Positions 26,714 through 38,044 are shown, counted from the first letter of the stretch. The stretch is 64,000 nucleotides of DNA from Bacteroidales bacterium (GCA_045617865.1 JAZLJK010000044.1:651-64650), one strand, 5' to 3'. The notes: generated by a model not told the origin, from the letters alone. A program made the numbers and translations.

Positions 26714-26772
26714 CTGTGACGAATGGATTATTATACAATTTTAGTCACAAAATTGATATGTTCGTCACAAAA
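26714..26772. promoter_or_regulatory. three copies of a TCGTCACA/GTCACAAAA motif in the LytTR-fadD spacer (candidate LytTR operator)
   Basis: Direct repeats of GTCACAAAA at 26744-26752 and 26764-26772 (20-bp period). An inverted copy, TGTGACGAA, sits at 26714-26722 and is the exact reverse complement of TTCGTCACA at 26761-26769. Confidence 0.35.
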
Positions 26773-26873
26773 ATAAAGTTTTTATGACATTTTCGTCCCT
26801 GAAAATGGCATTTATTTCCCAGAACCGCAGGGCACTCATAAGTTTGCGATGTTTTTCAAACAGAACAGACAAG

Positions 26874-28559
26874 ATGAAGGAGAATCTCATTTCAATGTAT
26901 CAGCGCTCTTTCAGAGAGCACATGATGGACATAGCCCTCTCGGACTATCATTCAAAGAAAGACTACACCTACGGAGATGTCGCACGCCATATCAGAAAGA
27001 TTCACATGATGTATGAATTCATGGGAATCCGGAAAGGCGACAAGGTTGCCCTTGTGGCACGGAACAATCCTCAGTGGGTGGTTGTGTATATCGCCACCGT
27101 CACCTATGGCGCCGTCATTGTACCCATACTTCAGAACTTCAGCCCCGAAGACACACGCAGCATCATAGAGCACAGTGATGCAAGGATACTGTTCACAAAT
27201 GCTTCCATATACAAGGCAATGGGGAGCACACATTCCGGCAGCATTGTGGCTGTCATTGACTTGGACACCTGCAAGGCTCTGTCCATATCAGACGGTTTCG
27301 ATTTTGAGGAGATAAAGAGAGAGATCACGGGGCGTTTTGCCGCTCAGTACTACACCGGCTTCGGCCCTGACGACGTACAGTATGACATTCCCGATCCAGA
27401 TTCGCTCATGACCATCAGCTACACGTCAGGCACTTCAGGATTCAGCAAGGGAGTGATGCTGTCTGTCAGAAACATCTCGGTGATAGTGCAGTTTGCCATA
27501 GAGCACAAGATGCATTTCGCCGGCTCGCGCACACTGGCCCTTCTGCCGCTTGCGCATGCATACGGCTGTGCATTTGACATGCTCACTCCGCTGGCGGCCG
27601 GATCGACAATCACCATGCTTGGCAAAATGCCCACCCCGTCAGTGCTCATGGAAGCCCTGAAGAGAGTCAGACCGCATCTTGTATGCACCGTACCTCTGAT
27701 TGTGGAGAAACTTCTGAAAAAGAACGTCTTTCCCATTCTGGAGAAGCAGCCGGTCAAATTTCTCACAAAAGTGCCGGGAATCAGGAGAATCATCTGGGCA
27801 TCTCTCCGCAGGAAGCTGCTGGATGCATTCGGAGGATGCATGATAGAGATGAACATGGGCGGTGCGGCACTCAGCCGCGAAGCGGACGAGCTGCTGCATA
27901 AGATCAGATTCCCTTATACCATAGGTTACGGAATGACAGAATGCGCACCGCTGATTTCATACGCCTGGCACGACGACTATCTGCAGGGAAGCTGCGGCAG
28001 GCTTCTCCCCTGGTTGGAAGCCAGAATCGAGCCTGTTGACGGCGGCAGCGCCACAGAAGGCGAAATCTGCGTGAAAGGAGAGAATGTGATGCTTGGCTAT
28101 TACAAGAATCCCGAGGCCACCGCAGCTGTCATTGATGCAGAAGGATGGCTCCACACAGGAGATGTGGGTCGCATCTGCGATCCGTTCAGGACAGTATATC
28201 TGTGCGGCAGGTGCAAGAGCATGATTCTCACCGCAAACGGGCAGAACATCTATCCTGAAGAGATAGAATCCAAACTGAATGAATGTGAATGCGTGGCTGA
28301 AAGCCTTGTGGTGGAGGAAGACGGCAGGCTGGTGGCTCTGGTCTACCCCAACCTTGACGAGGCCAGAAAAAACAACTGGAGTTTCGCCCACCTCAAGGAA
28401 GTGATGGAGCGGAATCTCCAGAAGTTGAATTCGAAAGTGGCTTCTTACGAAAAGATATCAGCCATCAGGATGTGTGCCGAAGAGTTTGAGAAGACTCCGA
28501 AGCAGTCTATCCGCCGTTATCTATATCCCAGGAAAGCCAGACTTCTGACAGTGTTGTAG
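26874..28559 (+). CDS. AMP-binding enzyme, long-chain acyl-CoA synthetase-like
   Basis: The ATG at 26874 is preferred. ISYTSGTSGFSKGVML is the AMP-binding signature. GYGMTE and WLHTGDVG are also present. Confidence 0.85.
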   Translation: MKENLISMYQRSFREHMMDIALSDYHSKKDYTYGDVARHIRKIHMMYEFMGIRKGDKVALVARNNPQWVVVYIATVTYGAVIVPILQNFSPEDTRSIIEHSDARILFTNASIYKAMGSTHSGSIVAVIDLDTCKALSISDGFDFEEIKREITGRFAAQYYTGFGPDDVQYDIPDPDSLMTISYTSGTSGFSKGVMLSVRNISVIVQFAIEHKMHFAGSRTLALLPLAHAYGCAFDMLTPLAAGSTITMLGKMPTPSVLMEALKRVRPHLVCTVPLIVEKLLKKNVFPILEKQPVKFLTKVPGIRRIIWASLRRKLLDAFGGCMIEMNMGGAALSREADELLHKIRFPYTIGYGMTECAPLISYAWHDDYLQGSCGRLLPWLEARIEPVDGGSATEGEICVKGENVMLGYYKNPEATAAVIDAEGWLHTGDVGRICDPFRTVYLCGRCKSMILTANGQNIYPEEIESKLNECECVAESLVVEEDGRLVALVYPNLDEARKNNWSFAHLKEVMERNLQKLNSKVASYEKISAIRMCAEEFEKTPKQSIRRYLYPRKARLLTVL

Positions 28560-28567
28560 CTGCCTGT

Positions 28568-29695
28568 CTATTTTGCGCTGAACTTGTAGATGCAGGTCTG
28601 GGTGTAAGTTTCGCCCGGATTCAGACGGATTGAAGGGAATGACGGCTGGTTGCATGAATCGGGGAATTTCTGAGTTTCCAGCACGACTGTAGCACGGTGG
28701 TTGAAAGGTTTGCCTGTCTTTCCAGTTGCGGTACCGTCGAAGAAATTGCCGGCATAGAACTGAAGGCCGATCTGGTCTGTGAACACTTCCAGATAACGCC
28801 CGAACTCGGGATCGTAGACAGAAGCAGCAAACTCGACACCGTCGCCGCTGCGGTTCAAGACCCAGTTATGGTCGTAGCCGTTGCCATATTTGAGCTGCTG
28901 GTGGTCGTCACTGATACGCTCGCCGATAGTATGGGGCTCGCGGAAATCAAACGGTGTGCCTTCAACGGGCATGAACTCACCTGTAGGGATAAGGAGCGAA
29001 TCCACCGGAGTGATGCTGTCGGCGTTGATGACCATTTCGTATGCAAGGTTGTCACCGTTGCCCTCTCCCTGAAGGTTGAAGAATGAGTGATGTGAGATGT
29101 TGAAATATGTGGGAGCGTCTGTTGTGACTGCATATTTGATCTCGAAGCAGTTCTCGGGAGTAAGTGTGTAGGTCATGTTGATGTCCCTGTTGCCGGGGAA
29201 TCCGCCCTCGCCGTCGGCTGCAAGATAGTGGAGCACGATGCTGTTTTCAGTGGTCTCAACAACATCCCAGACTTTCAGGTCAACTCCGCCGATACCGCTG
29301 TGCAGGCATTTGAGCCCGCCCTCGTTTGCTTCAACCGAGTATTCGGTACCGTCAATTTCAAATTTTGCGTTGCCGATGCGGTTTGCCACAGGGCCGACAC
29401 ATGCGCCGAGGTAGCGCTCACCGGTATTGTTAAGATAACGGTCAAGGGTTTCATATCCTAGCACGATATCCTCTTTGTGTCCGTTGCGGTCCGGGGTCCA
29501 GAGCGATATCACACGGCCGCCGTAGTTTGTAACCTGCATAGTGATGTCACCGGCGGCAAGAGTATACAGAGACACCTGTTTGCCATCCACCACCTGGGTG
29601 AAGTTTTCCTGCGGAATGAGTGCAAGTTCCTGGGCTTTGTCGGCACAAGAGACTGCAGCAAAGGCAAGAGCAATGATCAATAATGATTTTTTCAT
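28568..29695 (-). CDS. galM: aldose 1-epimerase (galactose mutarotase)
   Basis: Lipoprotein-like signal. Motifs: GGRVISLW, NRIGNAKFEIDGTEY, LHSGIGG, NISHHSFFNL and ETQKFPDS. Confidence 0.85.
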   Translation of the reverse strand: MKKSLLIIALAFAAVSCADKAQELALIPQENFTQVVDGKQVSLYTLAAGDITMQVTNYGGRVISLWTPDRNGHKEDIVLGYETLDRYLNNTGERYLGACVGPVANRIGNAKFEIDGTEYSVEANEGGLKCLHSGIGGVDLKVWDVVETTENSIVLHYLAADGEGGFPGNRDINMTYTLTPENCFEIKYAVTTDAPTYFNISHHSFFNLQGEGNGDNLAYEMVINADSITPVDSLLIPTGEFMPVEGTPFDFREPHTIGERISDDHQQLKYGNGYDHNWVLNRSGDGVEFAASVYDPEFGRYLEVFTDQIGLQFYAGNFFDGTATGKTGKPFNHRATVVLETQKFPDSCNQPSFPSIRLNPGETYTQTCIYKFSAK

Positions 29696-30624
29696 AGATA
29701 TATCAATTTAAGGTTCTTTATTTCAACTGCAGAATTGAAGGTGCCTTTCATCTCCCAGCCCACACTGAACCCTTCAATCAGAAAATCCCCGGGCACAGCG
29801 CCGGGCATGTAGCCGTTCATGGCGGCAGCTTTGACAGCCTGTGTTATGACTGGCAGCAGTATCACATTCACAAACTCTTTCTGCTTCACCTTTGGCAACC
29901 TTCCTGAAGAGAGACATTTCTCAGATGCCGGTCTGAACACCACCATATCGCCATCCATCTCCACCTCACTGCCGTATGAAGATCCTACTTTCCAGTTGTC
30001 GAACATCGGCACCACCACCTTGAGGCGTTTTCCGTACGCATCGCTTTCCTTGTCAGTATTCTTCAGAGTCAGGCCGGCACAGCAAACGGCAGAATGGACA
30101 CCCTTGTCGGCAAGGAAGCCCATGCAGTCTTCATAGAAAGTGACCCGGTACTCCATCTGAAGTGCGAGCTGGCGGCATGACGCCACCATCAGGCTGTCTG
30201 GTGACTGCGAGGCCCACAGCCCCACCCAGGGCTGATTTTCCCGTCGGATGCCGGTATATTCCGCAGAAGCGTTGCATTCCAGATAAAGCACATTCCTCAC
30301 AGGATTGACACGCACCACTTTGGCCAGCAGATTTCCGTTGCCGGCGACATTGAAGATTGTGTTGTCGCCTCTTGTCTCCATGGTACACCTGGCCGCATCA
30401 AAGCGTGAATTCGGCTGGCACAGATGCCATACCGGCTTTGCCGTGGTGTCTACCAGGAGATTGCCGGAGATTGATGCAGGATCCGTAATACTCTCCACAG
30501 CAAGTCCTTTCGTGAATGACGGGTCATTCAGCACGCTTTTTCCGTTGTTACTGTTCTGGGCGAAAGAAGTGACCGGCATCAGGAATGCCGCAAGCATCAG
30601 GAAAGTCTGTTTGAGAGATAGCAC
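29692..30624 (-). CDS. exported hypothetical protein, co-transcribed with galM
   Basis: The GTG start at 30624 gives the signal MLSLKQTFLMLAAFLMPVTSFAQ (alternative ATG at 30597). There is a 4-nt overlap with the galM start. I recognise no family. Confidence 0.55.
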   Translation of the reverse strand: MLSLKQTFLMLAAFLMPVTSFAQNSNNGKSVLNDPSFTKGLAVESITDPASISGNLLVDTTAKPVWHLCQPNSRFDAARCTMETRGDNTIFNVAGNGNLLAKVVRVNPVRNVLYLECNASAEYTGIRRENQPWVGLWASQSPDSLMVASCRQLALQMEYRVTFYEDCMGFLADKGVHSAVCCAGLTLKNTDKESDAYGKRLKVVVPMFDNWKVGSSYGSEVEMDGDMVVFRPASEKCLSSGRLPKVKQKEFVNVILLPVITQAVKAAAMNGYMPGAVPGDFLIEGFSVGWEMKGTFNSAVEIKNLKLIYL

Positions 30625-30694
30625 GGTTTTTGAGATAAAATTGTAATTTTGAACTGAAATTTTACAAATTTAATAAATCAATTTGAAAAGTAGT

Positions 30695-31534
30695 ATGAAA
30701 AAATTCCTTCTTGCCGCAGCAACACTTCTGCTTTGCATCAGCGCAGGCGCCGGAACAATCACACGTAACTTCCCAGGCCTTGACTCTTTCTTCGGAATAG
30801 ACATATCATCGAATTTTGACATCACCCTGCAGCAGGGGGAGGAATACTCCGCAACAGCTGTGATTGACACAGAAATGGAGCAGTACCTCAATGTGAACGT
30901 CAGGAACAACATCCTGTATGTCAGTATCAAAGGTGCCCCCACAAAACTTGTAAACCAGATCAACTCACTGTCCGCACCGCATCCCACCCTCACCATCACC
31001 ATGCCTGACCTTTCCAGCATCCATCTTTCAGGAAGCTGCTCCCTCACATCGGAAGAGACATTCCAGGGGCTGCGCGGCGACTTCGACATCTTCCTTTCCG
31101 GAGCATCCTCTATCGACAGGCTCTCCGTTGCAGCCGGCGAACTTGACATGGACATCAGCGGGACTTCCAAGGCATGCATACTGGCAGAGTGCTCTTCAGT
31201 GGAGATAGCGGCGGCCGGGATGGCTTCTGTATCAGTAACCGGCAACTGCGACGAATATGGTGTGGAGACAGGCGGAAGCGCCAAGGTCACACTAATCGGG
31301 AGCGCATCGGAACTTGAATGTGAATGCAGCGGTGCGTCACACCTTGACGCAAGCGAGCTGACAGTTGACAGAGCCGACGTCGAGTGCAGCGGAGCATCCA
31401 CCACAAAGATAAATGTGGAGAAAGAGCTGGAAGTGAACCTTTCCGGTGTCAGCACATGCCTTTACAGGAGCGACAACAAGAGCCTGAAGATCATTCCTCA
31501 GGTAGGCCGCGCGGCAAGCCTCAAAAAGCTATAG
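30695..31534 (+). CDS. DUF2807 / head-GIN domain protein (putative auto-transporter-adhesin head-like)
   Basis: The ATG at 30695 gives MKKFLLAAATLLLCISAGAG. Repeated beta-solenoid-like segments (LSGSCSL, LSGASSI, ISGTSKA, CSGASHL, CSGASTT). Confidence 0.65.
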   Translation: MKKFLLAAATLLLCISAGAGTITRNFPGLDSFFGIDISSNFDITLQQGEEYSATAVIDTEMEQYLNVNVRNNILYVSIKGAPTKLVNQINSLSAPHPTLTITMPDLSSIHLSGSCSLTSEETFQGLRGDFDIFLSGASSIDRLSVAAGELDMDISGTSKACILAECSSVEIAAAGMASVSVTGNCDEYGVETGGSAKVTLIGSASELECECSGASHLDASELTVDRADVECSGASTTKINVEKELEVNLSGVSTCLYRSDNKSLKIIPQVGRAASLKKL

Positions 31535-32257
31535 ATTGCGCTGCCGTACAGCCTCGTACATAAAGATTGAGGCAGCCACTGACACATTCAGGGAGCCTAT
31601 TGTACCGGACATGGGTATCTTGGCGTCGATATCACACAGATCAAGCACTGCATTTGAGATACCGCTGCCCTCGCTTCCCATGACGATTGCAGTAGGCTTC
31701 TTGAAGTTTACATCGTAGATAAATCCCTCTGCCTTTTCTGTTGCCGCAACAATCTGGAACCCCGAATCACGCAGATAGAAAATGGGAAGCTTCAGGTTTG
31801 AGACCTTTGCCGTAGGGATGCGCACCAGCGCACCGGCAGAAGTCTTGATTGCATCTGCATTGATGGGAGCACCGCCCTTTGCAGGAAGAATCAACCCGTC
31901 AAAACCGGCACATTCGGCGGTACGGGCGATAGCGCCGAAGTTGCGCACGTCACTCACACCGTCAAGTATCAGGAAAAGCGGAGCGGCCTTGCGCGACAGA
32001 GCCATCTCTATCATCTCTTCGAAAGGAACATAGTCGATCTCTGAAATATAGGCTATCACCCCCTGGTGCGAACCGTGCACAAGGTGGTTGAGCTTCTCGG
32101 CAGGAACAAACTGATATGGTATGTCCTTCTCTTTCAAAAGCTCCATCAGCTCGCGGAACTGAGGTCCTTCAAGACCCTGTTTAAGCATCACTTTTTCAAA
32201 TTTGCGCCCGGCTTCCACAGCCTCTTTAACAGGGTGCATTCCATAGAGATAGTTCAT
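31529..32257 (-). CDS. rlmB: TrmH-family 23S rRNA (Gm2251) 2'-O-methyltransferase
   Basis: LYGMHPVKEAV, LILDGVSDVRNFGAIARTAECAG, VMGSEGSGIS and IPMSGTIGSLNVSVA. Confidence 0.8.
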   Translation of the reverse strand: MNYLYGMHPVKEAVEAGRKFEKVMLKQGLEGPQFRELMELLKEKDIPYQFVPAEKLNHLVHGSHQGVIAYISEIDYVPFEEMIEMALSRKAAPLFLILDGVSDVRNFGAIARTAECAGFDGLILPAKGGAPINADAIKTSAGALVRIPTAKVSNLKLPIFYLRDSGFQIVAATEKAEGFIYDVNFKKPTAIVMGSEGSGISNAVLDLCDIDAKIPMSGTIGSLNVSVAASIFMYEAVRQRNL

Positions 32258-32275
32258 TTCCTTATAAAGATTAGA

Positions 32276-34234
32276 TTATTGTTCAAGTTTTTCCGCCAGT
32301 TCTGTCCATTCGTCCATCCTGATGTCAAGGTCGCGTTTCAGCTCCAGATACTGGCGTGTAAGTTCCATAATGTCGTCGCCATCCTTCGGGGCCGACAGAA
32401 CCTTCTCGATTTCAGCCATTTTCCCTTCCAACTCTGCAATTGCCTTCTCGATATTGTTGAATCTGTTTTTCAGGCGTGAGAGTTCCTTACGTGCCGCGCG
32501 GTCTTCCTGCGATGCCTTTGCGGGCTGCTGTGCAGGCTGGGTGGAAGTCTGCCTTACCGCCGGCTCCACCACGGGCTGGGCGGCCGGTTTCTGGCGCTCG
32601 AGCGCCTGTAGATTCTCTATCTTCTTGCGGTGCAGGAAATCATCCACACCGCCAAGGTGCTCACGCACGCGCCCGTCACCGAATTCATATATCTTGTCAA
32701 CAAGCCCAGACAGGAAGTCACGGTCGTGTGAAACCACTATCAGTGTACCGTCATACTTGTTGAGGGCCTGCTTCAGGATGTCCTTGGAGCGGATATCCAT
32801 GTGGTTGGTGGGCTCATCAAGCGCCAGAAGGTTATATGGTTCAAGCATCAGACGGGCCATTGAAAGACGCGCCTTCTCTCCGCCGCTGAGCACCGCCACC
32901 TTCTTGTCTATGTCTTCGCCACGGAACAGGAATGCTCCCAGGATGTCGCGGAGCTGTGTGCGCACATCCCCCACTGCGATGCGGTCGAGAGTGTCGAACA
33001 CAGTATCGTTCCTGTCAAGCATATCGTCCTGATTCTGTGCGTAATATCCAATTTTAACATTATGTCCGACAACAGCCTCCCCTTCCACCGGGAAAAGCTT
33101 GCGCATAAGCACTTTCACCATGGTTGTCTTGCCTTCGCCGTTACGCCCCACAAACGCCACCTTCTCCCCTCTTTTGATCTCTATGTTGGCGCCGTTAAGG
33201 ATTATTTTCTGAGGTGCGTCGGGATAGCTCACCACAGCGTCCTTAACCTTGAAGGCCACGTCACCCGAACGCGGAGCGGGAGGAAACTTGAGATGCAGCG
33301 CAGAGTTATCTTCAATCTCAAGCTCTATGCGGTCCATCTTCTCGAGCTGCTTGATGCGGCTCTGCACCTGATTGCTCTTTGTAGGCTTGTATCTGAAGCG
33401 TTCTATGAACTCTTCTGTCTTTTCTATGGTGCGCTGCTGGTTGTCATACGCGGCCCGCTGCTGCGCCACGCGTTCTTTCCTCAGTTCGACATACTGGCTG
33501 TATGGCACTTTGTAGTCGTGGATACGGCCAAGCATTATCTCTACAGTGCGGTTTGTACAGTTGTCGAGAAAACGCCGGTCATGTGATATCAGCACCAGTG
33601 ACCCGGTGAAATTATGAAGATACTCTTCAAGCCACTCGATGGATTCGATATCGAGATGGTTGGTGGGCTCGTCAAGCAGCAGCACATCAGGATTGTGGAG
33701 CAGAATCTTGGCAAGCTCGATACGCATGTTCCACCCCTGGCTGAAAGTTTCGGTGGGGCGGTCCAGCTCATCATCCTTGAACCCGAGGCCGTGCAGCACC
33801 TTTTCTGCCTGAACGCGGGGCGACTCACCGGCATCCATGGCCAGATGGTCGTTGATCTCGTTCATCTCCACTATCAGGCGGTTGTATTCCTTGGAATCGT
33901 AGTCCTCACGGGTTGCAAGCTCGACTGATATCTCTTCAAGGCGTCGCTGGCGGGCAAACATGTCGCCGAAGACGGTCATCGTCTCGTCTATCACACTGCG
34001 CCCCTTATTGTGCTTCATCTGCTGCGGCAGATACCCTATCACCAGTGAATCAGGAACCATCACTTTTCCTGATGTGGGATGAGTCTCGCCGGTGATTATT
34101 CTGAGCAGAGTCGTCTTTCCGGCACCGTTCTTTCCTACAAGACCTATGCGGTCCTTTTCAGAAATGTGCAGGTCTATGTCGTTCAAAAGTGTGAAACCGC
34201 CAAACGACAGTGTGAGGTTGTTGATTGAAATCAT
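32276..34234 (-). CDS. ABC-F family ATPase (two ABC domains, C-terminal coiled coil)
   Basis: Two Walker A motifs (GKNGAGKTT and GRNGEGKTT), two signature motifs (FSQGWNMR and LSGGEKARL), and no TM domain. Confidence 0.9.
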   Translation of the reverse strand: MISINNLTLSFGGFTLLNDIDLHISEKDRIGLVGKNGAGKTTLLRIITGETHPTSGKVMVPDSLVIGYLPQQMKHNKGRSVIDETMTVFGDMFARQRRLEEISVELATREDYDSKEYNRLIVEMNEINDHLAMDAGESPRVQAEKVLHGLGFKDDELDRPTETFSQGWNMRIELAKILLHNPDVLLLDEPTNHLDIESIEWLEEYLHNFTGSLVLISHDRRFLDNCTNRTVEIMLGRIHDYKVPYSQYVELRKERVAQQRAAYDNQQRTIEKTEEFIERFRYKPTKSNQVQSRIKQLEKMDRIELEIEDNSALHLKFPPAPRSGDVAFKVKDAVVSYPDAPQKIILNGANIEIKRGEKVAFVGRNGEGKTTMVKVLMRKLFPVEGEAVVGHNVKIGYYAQNQDDMLDRNDTVFDTLDRIAVGDVRTQLRDILGAFLFRGEDIDKKVAVLSGGEKARLSMARLMLEPYNLLALDEPTNHMDIRSKDILKQALNKYDGTLIVVSHDRDFLSGLVDKIYEFGDGRVREHLGGVDDFLHRKKIENLQALERQKPAAQPVVEPAVRQTSTQPAQQPAKASQEDRAARKELSRLKNRFNNIEKAIAELEGKMAEIEKVLSAPKDGDDIMELTRQYLELKRDLDIRMDEWTELAEKLEQ

Positions 34235-34240
34235 CTCCAG

Positions 34241-35065
34241 CTACTTCTCTGATTCTTCTTCGTCTTCATCTTCATCATCATCCGCATCAATGTCATCCCT
34301 GCTCTTCGTCACCAGGATGCTCACCTCATACAGCAGATAGAGCGGGATGGCCACAACCATAAGTGTGAACGGGTCACCGCTGGGAGTAATGATTGCCGCA
34401 AGAGTGAGCAGAATAACCACTGCATAGCGGCGGTATTCCTTGAGCATCTCCTTTGAAATCACCCCAATCTTTGAAAGCAGGGCAGCCAGGATCGGCATCT
34501 CGAACACAATCCCCATTATGATGATAAGGGAAGTGAACATGCCGGTGTATGAACTCAGATCGATGGAGTTGGGCACTTCAGGAGAAACCTGGTAAGTTCC
34601 CAGAAATCTGACTGTGAGGGGCAGGACAAGATAATAGCCCACAAGCACACCCAGATAGAAAAGGATGCCGGCAAATCCGAATGAGCCTTTGATTGCCTTT
34701 TTCTCCTTTTCATAAAGAGCGGGGCGCACGAATGTCCACAGTTCATAGAACAGGAACGGCATCCCCACTATCAGTGCGACATAAAAAGAGACCTTCACAT
34801 GAGTGAAGAACTGCGCCGTCATCTTGATGTTGATTACCTGTACATCAAAATCGGGCACCTTACCCCACCCAAGCAAAGCAAGGAACTTGTCGAAAACCCT
34901 GTAGAGCACGAAATTGCTGTCGAGCGGGGCGAATATAATGTTGAAGACAGGCTCTTTCAGGAAGAAAGCACCCATCATCAGCACCAGAATAACCACCGCG
35001 CTCTTGAGCAGCACGCCCCTGAGCTCGTCAAGATGGTCCCAGAAGGACATCTCTTTTTCCGCCAT
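34241..35065 (-). CDS. tatC: twin-arginine translocase subunit TatC
   Basis: MSFWDHLDELRGVLLKS start, 6 TM helices, and an acidic C-terminal tail. Confidence 0.9.
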   Translation of the reverse strand: MAEKEMSFWDHLDELRGVLLKSAVVILVLMMGAFFLKEPVFNIIFAPLDSNFVLYRVFDKFLALLGWGKVPDFDVQVINIKMTAQFFTHVKVSFYVALIVGMPFLFYELWTFVRPALYEKEKKAIKGSFGFAGILFYLGVLVGYYLVLPLTVRFLGTYQVSPEVPNSIDLSSYTGMFTSLIIIMGIVFEMPILAALLSKIGVISKEMLKEYRRYAVVILLTLAAIITPSGDPFTLMVVAIPLYLLYEVSILVTKSRDDIDADDDEDEDEEESEK

Positions 35066-35077
35066 CTCTTCTAAAGG

Positions 35078-35296
35078 CTATTTTTTCTCAGCAGGCTCTT
35101 CTTTCTCAATCTCAGCCTTGATTTCGTTCACCTCTCCTTCAACCTCTTTCATTCCCTTCTTGAACTCTTTCACGCCCTTGCCGACGCCGCGCATAAGCTC
35201 GGGAATCTTCTTACCGCCGAAAAGGAGTACGACAACAAAGAGGATGATGATGATCTCGGGCCAACCGAGAGATCCGAACAAAAGAATAGTCTTCAT
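35078..35296 (-). CDS. tatA: twin-arginine translocase TatA/E
   Basis: 72 aa. [38 protein letters not shown]. Confidence 0.9.
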   Translation of the reverse strand: MKTILLFGSLGWPEIIIILFVVVLLFGGKKIPELMRGVGKGVKEFKKGMKEVEGEVNEIKAEIEKEEPAEKK

Positions 35297-35329
35297 AACT
35301 TATTGTTTTATAAAAGTTTAATAATCTGA

Positions 35330-38044
35330 TTATAATTGCTCAAGACGTGCCTTGAGTGCCTCTATCTTGAGAGTTGCGTCGCTCTGTTTCTTGCGCTCCA
35401 TAGCCACCACAGCCTCGGGTGCATTGGCCACGAAACGCTCGTTGCCCAACTTGGCGTTGACACCTTTCAGGAAGCCTTCGTAACGCGCAATCTCTGCAAG
35501 CACCTTCGCCCTCTCGGCCTCGGCACCAATCATTCCCGCCAGAGGCACAAAGAACTCAGTGGTGCCGACCAGGAAGCTCTGTCCCGCACCGTAAGAGTCA
35601 AAGCTCTCTGCAATGTCAAGCTTGCTGATGTTAGCCATCTTAGCAACCACGGGAATCATCTTTTCGGGGAAAGCACCCTTCACCACAAGGTTCAGGGCCT
35701 CTTTGGGGCTGATGCCCTTGCTCTGACGGATTGCCCTCACCTCAACCACAGCGCCGCACGCCACTGCAAAATCAGAGATTATCACCTTGTCTGAATCACC
35801 TGCCTCGGGCAGTCTCTGCAGCATGATTGTCTCACCTTCACTGCGGGGCTCCAGATTCTGCCAGAGTTCTTCTGTGATGAAAGGCATGAAGGGATGCAAG
35901 AGCTTGAGCAGCTTGTCAAAGATTGCTATTGTGGCGTCATACACCTCACGTGAGACAGGCTCGCCGAACGCAGGTTTCACGAGTTCCAGATACCAGGCGC
36001 AGAAATCGTCCCAGAAGAGCTTGTACACCACCATGAGCGCATCGTTGATGCGGAACTTGTCGAAATGGTCGTTGATTGTGGCGATGCTTTCGTCAAGCAG
36101 CGCATTGAACCACTCCACAGCAATCTTAGCCGCGGTGGGGGCCTCTGTTTCAGCCACATTCCAGCCTTTGACAAGGCGGTATGCATTCCATATCTTGTTG
36201 CAGAAGTTACGTCCCTGCTCTACCTGGCTTTCGTCGAAGAGGATATCATTGCCGGCAGAAGTGCAGAGAAGCATGCCCATACGCACTCCGTCTGCGCCGA
36301 AACGCTCTATGAGCCCGATGGGATCGGGGCTGTTGCCAAGCTGCTTCGACATCTTGCGGCCGAGCTTGTCACGCACGATACCGGTGAAGTATACATGTTT
36401 GAAAGGCATCTTGCCCACATATTCATAACCGGCCATGATCATTCTGGCAACCCAGAAGAAGATGATGTCGGGACCTGTCACGAGATCTGATGTGGGATAG
36501 TAGTAGTTTATCTCCTTGTTGCCGGGATTGTTTATGCCGTCGAACAGAGAGATGGGCCAAAGCCATGATGAGAACCATGTGTCCAGGGCATCCTCGTCCT
36601 GGGTGAGGTCTGCCGCCGTGAGGTTCTTGTTGCCGCTCTTCTCCACCGCCTTTGCAAGCGCCTTCTCCACATTCTCCGCCACTACGAAATCCTTCTCCTC
36701 ACCACCGTTGTCGAAGTAGTAGGCAGGTATGCGGTGCCCCCACCAGAGCTGGCGTGAGATGCACCAGTCCTGGATGTTTGACAGCCAGTTGTTGTAGGTG
36801 GTCTTGTATTTAGGAGGGAAGAACTCAATGTCGCCGTCCATTACGGGAGGAAGGGCGATGTCAGCGAAATGCTGCATCTTGAGGAACCACTGCAGGCTGA
36901 GGCGCGGCTCGACTGCCGTGTCGGGATTGCGTTCTGAATAGCCCACTTTGTTCTTGTAGTCTTCAACTGCCTCCAGCAGCACTGCTGCATCCAGATCTTT
37001 CACAATCTGCTTGCGGCACGCAAAACGGTCCATGCCCACATACAGAGGCGAAGCGGCCGAGATTGTGCCGTCGGCATTGAATATGTCGATAGTCTCGAGA
37101 CTGTGGGTCTTGCCCAGCATATAGTCGTTGGCATCATGTGCGGGAGTGACCTTGAGGCATCCCGTACCGAACTCTATTTCAACATAACGGTCTTCAATGA
37201 CAGGAATCACGCGGCCAACCATGGGGACAACCACCTTCTTCCCCTTGAGCCACTGGTTCTTGGGGTCCTTGGGGTTGATGCACATTGCAGTATCGCCCAT
37301 TATGGTCTCGGGACGAGTGGTGGCTACCACGGCGTAATATCCCTTTTCATCGCGGTGGATGACATTGCCGCCCGCATTTTCGGGATCGTTCACAGGCATC
37401 GAATCAAACTCGCTGCAGTCACAGTCAGGAGCCACATAGTATTTGAGATGGTAGAGCTTCGACATCTCCTCTTTGTAGACAACCTCTTCGTTGCTGAGGG
37501 CGGTCAAAGCTTTCGGATCCCAGTTCACCATACGGAGCCCCCTGTAGATCAGGCCTTTTTCGTAAAGGTCAACAAACACTTTGATGACACTTTCGCTGCG
37601 CTTCTCATCCATTGTGAAACCTGTGCGGTCCCAGTCGCATGATGCCCCCAGACGGCGGAGCTGCTTGAGTATGATTCCACCGTGCTCATGAGTCCAGTCC
37701 CATGCATGCTCGAGGAACTGCTCACGGGTGAGGTCATGTTTCTTGATGCCCTGTTCTGCCAGTCTCTTCACGACCTTTGATTCGGTGGCGATTGAAGCGT
37801 GGTCGGTGCCGGGCACCCACACTGCATTCTTGCCGCACATACGGGCGCGGCGCACCAGAACGTCCTGAAGAGTATTGTTGAGCATGTGGCCCATATGGAG
37901 CACACCTGTCACATTTGGCGGCGGGATAACTATCGTATATGGTTCTCTTTCATCAGGTTCTGAATGAAAAAACTTGTTTTCAACCCAGTATGCATACCAC
38001 TTGTCCTCTACCTGAGAGGGATCGTATTTAGCAGCTAGTTCCAT
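35330..38044 (-). CDS. valS: valine--tRNA ligase
   Basis: The ATG at 38044 gives [33 protein letters not shown] (HIGH), KMSKQLGN (KMSKS) and a C-terminal coiled coil. Confidence 0.95.
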   Translation of the reverse strand: MELAAKYDPSQVEDKWYAYWVENKFFHSEPDEREPYTIVIPPPNVTGVLHMGHMLNNTLQDVLVRRARMCGKNAVWVPGTDHASIATESKVVKRLAEQGIKKHDLTREQFLEHAWDWTHEHGGIILKQLRRLGASCDWDRTGFTMDEKRSESVIKVFVDLYEKGLIYRGLRMVNWDPKALTALSNEEVVYKEEMSKLYHLKYYVAPDCDCSEFDSMPVNDPENAGGNVIHRDEKGYYAVVATTRPETIMGDTAMCINPKDPKNQWLKGKKVVVPMVGRVIPVIEDRYVEIEFGTGCLKVTPAHDANDYMLGKTHSLETIDIFNADGTISAASPLYVGMDRFACRKQIVKDLDAAVLLEAVEDYKNKVGYSERNPDTAVEPRLSLQWFLKMQHFADIALPPVMDGDIEFFPPKYKTTYNNWLSNIQDWCISRQLWWGHRIPAYYFDNGGEEKDFVVAENVEKALAKAVEKSGNKNLTAADLTQDEDALDTWFSSWLWPISLFDGINNPGNKEINYYYPTSDLVTGPDIIFFWVARMIMAGYEYVGKMPFKHVYFTGIVRDKLGRKMSKQLGNSPDPIGLIERFGADGVRMGMLLCTSAGNDILFDESQVEQGRNFCNKIWNAYRLVKGWNVAETEAPTAAKIAVEWFNALLDESIATINDHFDKFRINDALMVVYKLFWDDFCAWYLELVKPAFGEPVSREVYDATIAIFDKLLKLLHPFMPFITEELWQNLEPRSEGETIMLQRLPEAGDSDKVIISDFAVACGAVVEVRAIRQSKGISPKEALNLVVKGAFPEKMIPVVAKMANISKLDIAESFDSYGAGQSFLVGTTEFFVPLAGMIGAEAERAKVLAEIARYEGFLKGVNAKLGNERFVANAPEAVVAMERKKQSDATLKIEALKARLEQL

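Noticed and set aside
30670-31455. 261-aa Ser-rich minus-strand ORF opposite the DUF2807 gene.
   Set aside because: It is low-complexity and has no start context. The plus-strand ORF has a signal peptide and repeated beta-solenoid motifs.
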